From Octopus sinensis (lineage: Eukaryota), in NCBI RefSeq assembly GCF_006345805.1, contig NC_043005.1, positions 47,988,001-48,052,000 of the forward strand: a DNA stretch of 64,000 nt, read 5' to 3'. The position numbers and the translations under genes were made by a program. The notes below the pieces were generated by a model. The model made no database searches and was not told where the DNA came from. It was given only the letters and a program-made list of their open reading frames with translations. This document shows, piece after piece, positions 51,678 through 64,000 of this stretch (position 1 is the stretch's first letter; each line of letters begins with the position of its first letter).

Positions 51678-52314
51678 GGAAGATTTGACTGCTATTTCTA
51701 GCTTGTTGGATGACACTGTAGAATATTTTACAGAGGGGGATAAGTGTAATTGCAATGTTATAATCAATCCCAAAATCCTCAATGCACATTCGAACTGGGG
51801 AACAAGCTACTCATTGCATGGAGAATACAGTATATCTCGCTTGTTGACAAATGGTGAGTATCAGCTCACAGCACCATCTACCTAGAGTGTGAGATGCTAG
51901 CATTTCGGAGTAGTTATCACCTCATTGGTCATAGACACTAAGCAGATGACACTATGAGCTGAATTAAGAGATTGCCTCTTTTATGCTTTTAAAGCTTCTA
52001 TTTCTGTTAAAACCAAGTGACAGCATGAAGTAGAATAATGCTTTTGTTTTGTTTTTTTTTCTTTGTTTTTCTGTTTGTTTACTTGTTTCAGATTATTAAT
52101 CCTTTTGTTACCAAATCTCTGCTGAAATTTTCACTACCTTTTAAAATATTGGAAAATTTAGTAAAATAGCTTTTTCATTATTAAGTTGGTATTTGAGACC
52201 GTAAGCTAATAGTTATGAAATTTTTATGAAAGATTAAAGGACTTAACACAAAATTTGTGCCATAGAACCAGGGAGTAGTCTCAGATGGGTTGGTATCAAA
52301 AGAATAATTTGTGT

Positions 52315-52408
52315 CTTCTTCTTCTTCTTCTTCTTCTTCTTCTTCTTCTTCTTCTTCTTCTTCTCCTTCTCCTTCTTCTTCTTCTTCTTCTTCTTCTTCT
52401 TCTCCCGC

Positions 52409-52440
<32 letters not shown>

Positions 52441-52720
52441 CTTCTTCTTCTTCTTCCGCTACTTCTACTTCTTTGTCATCATTTAACATCCATTTTCCAT
52501 TTTGGCATGATGTGTTGGACAGTTTGAAAAGAGCTGGAAAGGCTGAGAGCTCCACCTGGCTCCATTGCCTGTTCTGGAATGGCTTCTATGGCTGGATGCC
52601 CTTCCTAGCACCAACCACTTTACAGAATGCATTGGGTTCTTTTTACATGCCACAATCACCAGTGCATTTTACATGACACCAACACTGGTGCTTTTTATGT
52701 GGCACAAGCACTGACAAGTA
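52315..52720 (-). mobile_element. RTE LINE 3'-end fragment with a (GAA)n-expanded tail
   Basis: (TTC)n at 52315-52470 adjoins catcatttaacatccattttcc...ggatgcccttcctagcaccaacc. Confidence 0.65.
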
Positions 52721-53064
52721 ACTTGCAAGACAAAGAACCCCCTCAGCTGAGAAGAGGGAGTAGTAGAGATGGCAGGTTGGTGGCTTTGTACCAGTTGATG
52801 TGAGACTAGAAGCATAGAAGGTCAAGGATAAGTATTTATATGTCTAATGTACAATCAGTTTTTAAATTTCTACACATTTGGCTAGAATTGAACATATAAC
52901 TTTCATCACTACTAACCAAAGTGTTTTGAACACACATCCACCATATCTCAGTGTAAACATTTATGCTTATATCTTCATTTGTCATAATCTTCGAGCTATC
53001 TTTAAATTATTTGTTAACCATCATTTTTCTTAATTATGGGCTGTCTTCCTCAGAATGTTTTATG

Positions 53065-53095
<31 letters not shown>

Positions 53096-54359
53096 TAATG
53101 ATGATGACAATGACAATGTTGACGGTGGTGATGATGATGATTATGATGATGATGATGATGATGATAAAAAGAAATATCTTTAAATGTGTAGCTTGAAGTA
53201 AATAGTTGGTGTTTAATGGAGCTAGATTTAGTGGTGGATAATTTTTGTTGGTCTCAAATGAGTTGAATGGTAGAGATAAAGAAATAATGTAGAACAGTTT
53301 TGTATTAGTGCTTTGACGCTATCTAACATAGCATTAATAAAGTCTTTAGTCATTAAAAGCTACTTTGGGCTGCTGAAACAAGACGGTGGATTTTTCCCTG
53401 TGGAAGAAGATTAGGTCTTCAGAAAAATGTCGATTGAAAACTGATTTACATGACTTTCTTTCCTCATACATAAGTGTCTTTCTAAAGACAGCGAACTGAT
53501 TAATTACTAAGTGAATAGGAAGTTTTACTATTGACCAATTCAATGAAGAAAGGAAACATAATGAATTAGATTTGTGCTACTAACAACTATTTCAGAGGAT
53601 CTTCTAGTGAAACAATGAGAATCAGCAAGTTTTTATTCAACACAAAATTAGTCAGAGCCTTTTGTTTTGCTTCATTAAAGAAGTTCTGGAAGAACAGATC
53701 TCTCTATTTGATGATGAATAAAGTTACTAAAGTTGAAGTATGTCTACACCTCATGCTATAGTGAGTGGCTGTTTTTGGTTAAGACAAATCATAATTGTTC
53801 ATATTGATCATAAGAGAAACCTTATCTGATGTGTAACAATATAACAGAACAAAGAGCTTGAATAGAAAGTAGATCATAAAAGGAACCATGTGTAAGAGGA
53901 GGAGAAGTGATATTCGTAACAGAGCAGAGGGTGACGCAATTTATTAGTGTACCAGGGAAATACTCTAATAAAACTACAAAGAAAATATCCAAGAAAGGCT
54001 ACACAGGTGTATAACAGAGTCTGTAAGAAAAGCATTGCACATATCTAAGATACATATTAAGTAATAAAAACAATATATTAGAATGAAACCTTGCTTATGA
54101 ATTACAGAATTAAGGCTATTATATTGTATATCCTAGAGAGAACAGCAAATTGAAGCACAGGGAGAAAAGTTATTACATAGTGGTTGTTAAAAGATGTGTG
54201 TATTCCTTTGTAGACTATGCAGAAAATGGTAATATACAACAGTATAGATAGATATTCCACTGGCTATGAACAAATGGTTCAAAGGTTTGTTAATAACTCT
54301 TGGACTTGATCATATTGCACATTAAGAGAAAGAAAATGTGGATTCAAAGTTATTCTTAC

Positions 54360-54396
54360 CTGATCAAGTAGGAAGCATCATGAGCCAAATATAGGC
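54360..54396 (-). CDS. Unidentified gene, exon E3 (37 nt)
   Basis: ttctcccacctactctag|GC CTA TAT...ATC AG|gtaaga; reads (G)LYLAHDASYLI(R); phases 1 and 2. Confidence 0.6.
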
Positions 54397-57300
54397 CTAG
54401 AGTAGGTGGGAGAAAAGTGCTGATACAGTGGAGTTTGTTAATACTGTAGTTGCAATTGTGCTACATATCTTCCTTGTAAATGACCACAATATGACTAGTA
54501 CTCATTGGTGTTGGTAGTCCATCGGTGTCTGAAGGTGACAAAGTCTGTGTTCTCAGAGATGAGAGTGCATGTGACTCTAGCAGCTCACCTGTGACATCCA
54601 GGTGGGGTACCTATACACCAATGAAACCAGAAAACCAGCCCTTATGAGCCAGGCATGACTTGAGAAGGAACAAACAACATATATAATCTTGATTTCTATT
54701 TAGAGAAGAAATACCATCTCAATTTGGCTTCATTGAAAGGTTTACTTAATTCAGTAATTGAACCATGTATCTGTGTAAGAGATCAAAGCTAGTTAATTGG
54801 ACTTCGTTCAAAAAGTAAGATTGCTCTAAAGGACACTCCTGGGCATTTTGAACTATTTCATGTAAAATAACTAATCCAACAGATACCTGTTAAATACATA
54901 TTCTTTTATTCTTTTGTTTGTTTAAATCATTTGACTGTGGCCATGCTTAAAGGGTTTTAGTCATAAACATCAACCCCAGAACTTACTCTTTGTAAACCTA
55001 GTACATATTTTATCGGTGTCTTTTATCAAACCACTAAGTTATGGCAACATAAACACACTAGCATTGTTAACATGCTATGCAGAATACCAAGCAACATTTT
55101 GTCTGTCTTTTTGTTCTGAGTTTAAATGCTGCCAAGGTTGACTTTGCCTTTCATTCTTTTAGGGTCGGTAAAAAAAGTACCAGTTGAAATAGGAATCAAA
55201 GGGATTAATTGAGAAGTATTGATGTAGAGTCTACATCAAATTATTAGGTGGTTGGTGTTTTGCTGCAGATTAAGTAAGCATAACAGCAATCCTGATCAAG
55301 TATATCAAAATCAAGCAAGCATATCAAAAAATCTAGCAATGACATCTCAATCCCATTTTCAGGCACTGTCGACCCAGTATTACATCATCTTATGTGTCCT
55401 TCGTTCAGACAGTGTTTTTAATTTTGTAATACATCCGTAATATACTTGGTAGTAGGCTTATATACTGCCAACAATATTGTAGTTGTATAATGAAATATGG
55501 TGCCTCTACCAGCAATTAATATGTACGTAAAAATTGCCGGGTATAAGCAAAATTTGTCAAATTGGTATTTCCAATTGTGTTACACCACTAAATTTGGGGG
55601 CTATTTAAGCAATGTGTTCATGGATGGTTAATGGATTGGATTTGGTACTGATGAAGGTGCAAGAACTCCTGAAATATGTATATACACTCATTAGCTATTT
55701 TTCTGTCTTCAACCTCATTGTTTACATAGACATATTCATATACAAAATGTAACTTTCAGTGCTGACTCAAATTTTTATAGAAAATCTGTTGAGGTAACTT
55801 TATTATGTGATTTTTGAAGGAGCTATAGCTACTATTTCTAGCAGATGGAATGGCTACAAATGCTTCACAATATTGGTTCTGTGTAAGATTGAGCTTTCAA
55901 TACAGATTGTTAGCAATATGAAATATTTATCTATATTTATCAATGAAACAGGTTTGGAATGAAATTAGAAAGTTAGAAATATATTTATAAAGTTCTTATT
56001 AACAACTGTTTCAAAACTTAAATTAAACTGTGTCTGTAGAGTTTTCGAAATAATTAATTAAAATATGAATTGAACAGAACACCCACAGTATGTTAAGTAA
56101 ATTTGTTAATTTGTTAATTAAATAAATTAATCAAAGGAGAAGAACTAAGTTGTGAAGTTTGAATGGTGTTGTTCAGAACCAGAAAGTTATTAGTTAAAGA
56201 ATTGTTAAAGTTGTTATAAGAATTATAACTTGAAAGTGAGACCAGTACATGATAGTGTTTGCTTCAATTGCCACAAAAACATACTGGCAGTTATGGCTAT
56301 CAACAAGCCGGCAAATTTTTGATTCATCATCAGCATCATTACTTTAACATCCACTTTTCTATGCTTGCATGAGTTGGCTGGAATTTGTTGAAGCAGATTT
56401 TCTACAGCAGGATTTCCATCCTGTGGTCAACCCTCACCTGTCTCCAAGTAAGGTGATATTTCCCTCATTACCAGATTGGTTTTTTGCAGTAGACTGGAAA
56501 GGAAAGACACCGCTTGTATGACAGTGACACTCTTTTACAACTACCATGGTGTGTCAAGGGAAGGGGACAGTAGTGCAAGCACACATACATGCACACACAC
56601 ACACAGACATACATACATATACACATATATATAAATGTGATGAGCTTTTTTCAGTTTCCATCCAGATTAGTAGGTAATGAGTTGGGTCTTTTTTACTGAT
56701 TTCTTTGCTTCAAAGAAACAAATGTCAGCACAGGTACATTTCTGGCATCCATTTCAGCCCTCTGCTTCCCTTCACTCATGAACATGGCTCGAAGATACTT
56801 AGAATTCTTCTTAAGCTAACTTTCCTTTTAAATTTACATACTAGTATGTGTGCATCATGAATTCATACCACTTTTCCATGTTTATACAAAAAGAAGGGGT
56901 TGTCTTGATCCTATCTGAAGGAGTTGTCATGACCTTATTTGAAACAACTGCACTTACAGATGGATTGGGGACTAAGTTTTATGATTATATATTTGGCTTG
57001 TGACAGTTGCAGTTGTTAATGCTTGTGTATTGATTCAGCTTAAAAAGTTAGATGAAGCAAATTTTTTATCAAAGTTTTGAGTGTTGGTGTAAGAGAGTTT
57101 AATTTTAATTTTGCTGAGAATTTTGTAATATCTGTTATGTGAAATATTTTTTATTAATTAAGAGATTTTGACCAATGAAGTAATTACTGGTGAGTAAAAT
57201 AGTGGAATGAACCAGTTAGTTTCTCTATTGCTGCAACTAATGTTATTGTTGACCTCCATAGATGATTCTAGTTTAAAAACTGTTAGAAAATAGCATTTCT

Positions 57301-57537
57301 GTTTGTAAAAATTTGTCCCCATAAATTCTAATATGTGTGTACTTTTGCACCCTATTTTGTTCTGGTGCATGTCAAAACTCAGACAACTTTGTAACATAAA
57401 CAAGGCTATGTTTCTATTTTTTGCTTCTCAATGTGTTCTAACATATGTCAAGACTTAAACATTTTTGTAACATAAATAGACAACAGCTCTTTCATTCTGC
57501 TATTTGGTTGTCATGATCATCTTCAGCAATGAAATAC

Positions 57538-57690
57538 CAATATTTCCAAAGTTTCTTTGTTCATGGAGCAAAATGGATGTGATGTAGATGGATCCAGCTG
57601 CCATTCTCTGATTGTCAACTGGGCAGCATCTTGTATTGGTTTCTAGGAGATGGAATCTTGGTCTTGGTATGTATCTATCATTGTGTGCTT
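57538..57690 (-). CDS. Unidentified gene, exon E2 (153 nt)
   Basis: catccttgtag|AA GCA...ATT G|gtattt; reads (E)AHNDRYIPRPRFHLLETNTRCCPVDNQRMAAGSIYITSILLHEQRNFGNI(G); phases 1 and 1. Confidence 0.6.
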
Positions 57691-57933
57691 CTACAAGGAT
57701 GTAAGCACTACGTTTGTAACTTTGTGCAAATTGTAGTCATACATGATAATAAGTGTGTATAAATTATTAGTATATGAAATTACATGGCTACTATAACTTC
57801 AAGGTTTCTATAGCAACACTAATCAATCAGGGTCCTTTTTTTTTCAGTGTTACCTACAGTTTTAGCTTAAAATTCTAGCGTCAATACATTTATGCATACA
57901 TACATGCATACATACATACATATGTAGTGTACA

Positions 57934-57965
<32 letters not shown>

Positions 57966-58701
57966 TGTGCATTTGCATGTATGTGTGTGTGTGTCAGTGT
58001 TTTCCCTCCACTGCCACTTAATAGCTGATGTTGGTACACATATCATTAACACTGATATTTTTTTCTTGTTGAGGATGTTTACGAGGTTTCAGAAAATGTT
58101 TATGAAGTCTCCAACGAACTTGGTTTTAAATACTTCTGCCACTTTGGCAAAATGTAAGGAGACTATTGGAGGCCAGTCTCACAGCAGAGATATGCTGTTG
58201 CCCCAATTTTGCAGTGATCATCTTCGATACCTATCAGTAAGATATGAATCCATTTTCCGGAAGACAATACATTGCATCTCATCAGACACTTCAAAATTTC
58301 ATGAGTCTACTACCCTTGAAATGATGAAAGGAAAATTTGACCCCATCATATTCTCTTATGGAAAAAAATTTGGAATTTAAAAGAAGGCAAACCATTCAAC
58401 ATCAGTTGCTTTTTGTAATAAAAATTTTTAAATATCTATTATTATTTTTACTGTGTCCATATTTTTTTTTCTAATTGCTAAAGGAAGCATATTTTTTTAA
58501 TTGAATTCCAAATATTTTTCATAGAAGTGTGTGCATGGTGGAGAGGGTAGGGACGTTATAGGGCTACTGTATTTTATGAGTGCTTTTCTTTTCAAGAATT
58601 AAATGTATAAACTGTTTCAAATCTTTTGATTACAAAGTGGAAATAAGTGTAACATTAATTTCATTAATCTGTGTGTTTGTGTGTGTGTGTGTATATGTAT
58701 G

Positions 58702-58784
<83 letters not shown>

Positions 58785-58991
58785 TATATAGATGCATATG
58801 TATATGTATATGTATATATATATATATATAATATATATGATGGTTTAGCTGACTAAATCATTGAAGTCACTGCCAACAACATTCTTGTATAAGAATAATA
58901 TATTTGTGCTCTGTAATGAATAGAGTAATCCATCAAATTAACGCAAAATTGATTTTTTTTATAACTGAACATAAAAACAAACATTTATATA

Positions 58992-59850
58992 TACAGGGTG
59001 ACCCAGAAGTCACTAGGGGGTTATAATTTTTAATAACTCCCTCATTTTTACAAATAGGTGTACGAAATTTTAATTTAATATAGAGGAGATAATGGAGATT
59101 AATTTGCATTAGTTCTTGTTCATCATACCTCTGCATTACATATGAAAAATGACATCTTTTAAATGACATCCTTTTTCAGCTTCACATTGGTATGCAAATC
59201 ACTTTGGTGTAGTGCTCTCGGATTCTCAGAATCCCCATTGATAAGCCCATTCAAATGAAAGTGATCTTCATCATACATGATCAATTTTTGTGTGTAACAT
59301 TTTGGTCATTTCATTCTATTTCTGGATTCTGAAAGCATATCGGAGTCTATGCTCATAGTTCTGGGTTTCAACTGTTGAACTACCTGCATCTTGTTTGGAA
59401 AAATGCTATGGCTACTGTGAACTCTTTTACAGCAAAGTTTGTGAAATCCCATGCTGTCTGGACTGCCTTCGAGTTGACATACCCAGATACTGTTCAATAC
59501 TCTCTAGTCAGTTCTGACAGTGCAAGGTCTCGCAGATCGCGGGAGATCACTTACCACCCCTTGTTTTTCAAAAGAACGAACTGAGTACTTCATTATGTTT
59601 TAATCTGGAGCATCTCTCACTTGAAAATGCCAATGATATGCTTTTTGGGTTTGAATAATTGATCTCTTGATTTCGATAGAACAATTTCACCAGTTTCATG
59701 CACAGATAAGGCATTGTGTGGTGCCTTATTTATCCATGAATAATTTCCAGGACTTATTCCACAAAATCCCTGAACAGAAAAGAAAAAAGTCAAAAAATAA
59801 AACAACTATCAAAAATTCCAATCCCTCAGTGACTTTTGGGCCACCCTGTA
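58992..59850 (-). mobile_element. Internally deleted Tc1/mariner element
   Basis: TA-cagggtgacccagaagtcact / agtgacttttgggccaccctg-TA TIRs; remnant FPNKMQVVQQLKP. Confidence 0.85.
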
Positions 59851-59879
59851 TGTATGTGTGTATGTGTGTGGGAGAGAGT

Positions 59880-59914
<35 letters not shown>

Positions 59915-59924
59915 TATGTATGTG

Positions 59925-59986
<62 letters not shown>

Positions 59987-60719
59987 GATGGCTAATTGAT
60001 TAAGAGACATTTCATAATTAAAAGCTGGATTTCAAAAGACTTTCCAACGACTGGTATTGACTTTCCTTGTAAGCACTGTTCATGTGGACAAAGAAAGCAT
60101 GTTTCAAGACTGAGGCTAGTGATTAATTCATCATTAACAACATTAGAAGATGATAATAATTAGCAGGATTCAAAAATTCAGATAACAAAATGGACTCCAA
60201 AAGATTTGCAGATTGAAAAGCTGCTGTATTAAAAATTTGTTCTGTAAAAAAATATTTTGATTTCTGCACACTGGTTCAAACAGTACATATTTTAAAATAA
60301 TCTGTTGATTTGAGGGAAGGGTGTGTATAGATTATAAGTTCAAATTTTATGATAGTTACATTTAGTTGACCGAGTCATCCCAAAGATATTACTGTTATTT
60401 ATTTTGTGGATCACTGATGATAGAAGTTTAATTAAAAACTAAAGGTCAGCATGCAATTTAGTGTCATAAAAAAAAATGAAAGTAAATTTCACCAGAAGGG
60501 ACAATATTGAAATTTCATAATTTAACAAATACATGCATTAAAAATATCACCAAGGTAACTGATATAAAAGGAATAGAGTGGTTAGTGCAGGAGAAAGGTG
60601 TACAGAAAAATACTGCCTGGTTGCAATCTTTGAATGTATGTAGGAAAGAACAGGGGATTTTACCAAAGATGCATTTGATGTCTGATAGGTAGTTTAATGT
60701 TAGTTCAGACAACATACAT

Positions 60720-60922
60720 ACTCTTTTACTTGTTTCAGTTATTTGACTGCGGCCATGCTGGAGAACCGCCTTTAGTCGAGGAAATCGACCCCAGGACTTA
60801 TTCTTTGTAAGCCTAGTACTTATTCTATCGGTTCTCTTTTGCCAAACCGCTAAGTTACAGGGTTGTAAACACACTAGCATCAGTCGTCAAGCGATGTTGG
60901 GGTGGGGACAAACACAGACACA

Positions 60923-61010
<88 letters not shown>

Positions 61011-61095
61011 CTACAACAGGTTTCTCTCAGTTTCCGTCTACCAAATCCACTCACAAGGCTTTGGTCAGCCCAAGGCTATAGTAGAAGACACTTGC
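60720..61095 (-). mobile_element. tRNA-derived SINE (family A), head truncated
   Basis: ctcttttacttgtttcagttatttgactgcggccatgctgg...ctatagtagaagacacttgcc. Confidence 0.8.
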
Positions 61096-61491
61096 CGATC
61101 CTACACAAACTATTGAAAGTCTTGAAAGGTAGTGGTTAATCACCAAGAAGAGCCTCAGTTGACAATACGGAATGAGTGCTATTTCTTAATGCTGCAAATG
61201 GTATGAGAATATGTGGCAAAATAGGTTCAGAGACAGTGAACAGCTATCCTTTACTTGTTTCAGTCATTAGGCTGAGGCGATGCTGGGGCACCACTTTGAA
61301 GAATTTTTAGTTGAATGAATCAATTCTGCAGCTTATTTTTTTTTTAAGCTTAGTACTTATTCTATCAGTGTCATTTGCTGAACTGCTATGCTATGAGGGG
61401 CATAAGCAAACCAAAACCAATTGTCAAGCGGTGACAAACACAGATACAAAGATACACACATGCATGTGTGCACGCACACACACACATATTA

Positions 61492-61530
<39 letters not shown>

Positions 61531-61684
61531 TAAATTAGAGATAAAACCACTATCAGGCAAATCAAACTGAAAAACAAACCAAAGCATAAAAATGAATATA
61601 ATTAATATAATATACAAAATATACAAAATATAAAATTTAAAATTTAAATTACTTAAATTTAAAATTTTTAATTTATATTTATAA

Positions 61685-61717
<33 letters not shown>

Positions 61718-61851
61718 TTTTTAATTTTAAATTTTTAAATTTTTAAACTTTAAATTTTTTTTTATAACTATCAAAAAGTACTAAAAAGTTTGGTATAATA
61801 TAATAAGTAAAACCACTAATTTTTCCCTGTAAGTTTGGATTTACTCCCTAA

Positions 61852-61885
<34 letters not shown>

Positions 61886-62173
61886 TATATCATCATCATC
61901 ATCATCATCATCGAAATGACATACATGTATGTGTATATATATTATTATATATTTAATATACATATAGTCATATTTATTTAACTTTCCTTTAATTTATCCC
62001 TCCTCTTTCTATAGGCTACCTCTAACACTATATCATATAACATTTTTTCAAACAATACTAATAGCGTTCAGTTAATCACTATACATATCCATCATTTTCT
62101 GTTAAAATGTCTTATTGACAAATTTCATTTCTTCACTCTGATTGGTTACATTTAACCCACCAATGATTCTTAC

Positions 62174-62328
62174 CACGATCATGATCATGGGCTTCTTTTA
62201 TATTAGTAAAATTCTTCCTAAAAGGAAGGGGATTATTTCTGACAAAGTAACAAAGCTCTCTCACCGGAATGAACGTAACAACAATGATACATGTTACAAG
62301 TTCAAATTTTGACTCTTCCACACACAGA
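62174..62328 (-). CDS. Unidentified gene, most 5' exon visible (E1; alternative acceptor at 62217)
   Basis: Branch-like CTAAC then tacag|T; reads LCVEESKFELVTC...FRKNFTNIKEAHDHDR, ending G|gtaaga (phase 1, matches E2). A pyrimidine-rich in-frame acceptor ccttccttttag|G would give a 44-nt exon. Confidence 0.5.
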
Positions 62329-63051
62329 CTGTATTTGTAAAATGCATGTTAGCTGATTGCTTTCTTTGCTCGAAAATCCTATCTTTTCCTGATTGACACT
62401 TGAACATTCACTAACAAAGCCAAATATACATGTACATATGTTAGCTGTTGGTGATTCATTCTGTCGTTACACAAAGTTTCATTCGTGTAATTTATACTTG
62501 TGATCAATAGATGTGTTGGAAATCAACTTCGCACCTTGTACGGGTTTGTTGATTGATCCTGTGTATAATTTTGTTCACTGTAGGGAGATGTGTGTGTATA
62601 TGTGTGCATCTGTGTGCATTTGTGTGTGTGTATGCATATGCATGTGTGCATGCATGTGTGTGTGTGTAGGAGTATGTGTGTGAGTGTGTGAGAATAAGCA
62701 TATATGTGTCTGCATATCAATACACACATGTGCGCATGCACACACACACACATATCCAAAAATTAGGGAATGAAGTAGATAAAATCCAGGCTACATATGT
62801 TTCATAGCTAGTGGAACCTCGGAAGTACTAATTATCCAAATGCAGGGTAGACCACAAGCTACTCTTCAGACCAATGATACCTTGATTATTTGAAATTTAC
62901 ATTGTCAATGGAGATCCCAGAGTTTGGCACAATCCTGTGGCTTACCAACTCCTATCAAACCATCCAACACATACCAGATTGGAAGACAAACATTAAGTGA
63001 AGATGATAATAACATATATATATATAGATAGATATATATATATATATATAT

Positions 63052-63330
63052 AGGGAGAATTCACAAAAAAAAAAACAAAAGATCAAGACAGGTGGTGTAG
63101 ACAACAAACAGATGTATTAGTATAACACTTGGGAAGTGAAAAAGTCTTCAACGTTTTGAGCCTACACTCTTCCACAGAAAGGAACACAGAAAGAAACAGG
63201 GAGAGAAAATTTTTTAAATGTGTGGTGGCTAGCGGTCTATCATGGTGAAGGCCGGACAGAAGGGTCACACAGGAGAGCTAGGAAGAAGCAGAGATAACAA
63301 GGTGGTGGTGATCCCAAAACAAAAGTGCAC
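63052..63330 (-). repeat. Family P-a element with a degenerate HHR-like motif (63146-63181)
   Basis: Minus strand: CTTT-CTGTGGA-A-GAGT-GTAG-GCTC-AAAACGT-T-GAAG; homologous to the 3.5 and 32.6 kb copies. Confidence 0.6.
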
Positions 63331-63543
63331 GTGCGTGTGTATAAGAAAGTTTGTATGTGCATGTGGAAGAGGGCTGGTGATCTTGACGTGTGTGTGTGTG
63401 TATGTCTAGGTGTGAAAATGTGTGTCTGGGAAATGGTCAGTGCTGATGTGTTTGTGGTCGTGTGTTGTGATGTGATGTGTTGTGTGGTATGGTGGTGTGG
63501 TGTGATGGTGTTGGGATGTGGGGGAGGCAGGAGTAGGGAAAGC

Positions 63544-63575
<32 letters not shown>

Positions 63576-63814
63576 ATATAATCTCAGTGAACACAGTGAA
63601 GCATTAAATTAGAATCACCATTGTGTATCATTCTAAACTAAATGTATATACACAGTTGAAAGGCATGATGCTATAGATTTTATCTAAGAGAAAATCACTC
63701 CATACATATGTTGTGTTAAAAATTCAATTTATATCAATGCAGAATGAACACCATCACAGCAATGATTTATGAGAAAAACAGACTCATTAATTTATTATTC
63801 CTTCTTGGTGGACA

Positions 63815-64000
63815 GTGATCTGGCAGAATCATTAGCATGCCAGGCAAAATGTTTGGTAGCATTTCACCTGTCTTTATGTTCTGAGTTCAAATTCCACCAC
63901 GGTTGACGTTACCATTCATCCTTTTGGGGTCAATAAAATAAGTACCAGCTGAGCACTGGGGACGATATAATCAACTTACACTTCCAACAAAATTGCTGAC
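63815..64000 (+). mobile_element. tRNA-derived SINE (family B)
   Basis: gtgatctggcagaatcattagc...gttctgagttcaaattcc...taaaataagtaccagc. Confidence 0.75.

Noticed and set aside
57937-58380. 147-aa plus-strand ORF inside the minus-strand gene's intron
   Set aside because: It starts in a microsatellite, has no recognisable domain or clear splice sites, and is compatible with chance.
15920-63900. tRNA genes
   Set aside because: The A/B-box segments are SINE heads without a complete cloverleaf.

Overview
AT-rich, microsatellite-dense eukaryotic DNA. The repeat landscape (tRNA-SINEs, RTE LINE 3' ends with (GAT)n tails) suggests a mollusc, probably an octopod; this is recognition, not a database result. 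Most ORFs in the supplied track are microsatellite or transposon artefacts. One spliced minus-strand gene is supported by five phase-consistent exons (62.3 to 43.6 kb); I could not identify its product. The rest is mobile DNA: RTE, L1/Tx1-like and RLE-type LINEs, a Gypsy remnant, Tc1/mariner elements, MITEs, SINEs and a 5S-derived fragment. The main observation is about 11 type I hammerhead ribozyme (HHR) motifs from several unrelated families, mostly in (TA)n-flanked insertions. They include a ~606-bp tandem array with a fold-back copy (24.4-26.5 kb), a perfect 114-bp-arm hairpin (31.8-32.1 kb), and an HHR just downstream of a Penelope-type endonuclease ORF end (40.5-41.1 kb). Together these point to a Penelope-like-element/retrozyme system. 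HHRs in Penelope-like elements and retrozymes are known in general; whether these families are described, or cleave, cannot be judged from the sequence alone. All folds were done by eye.
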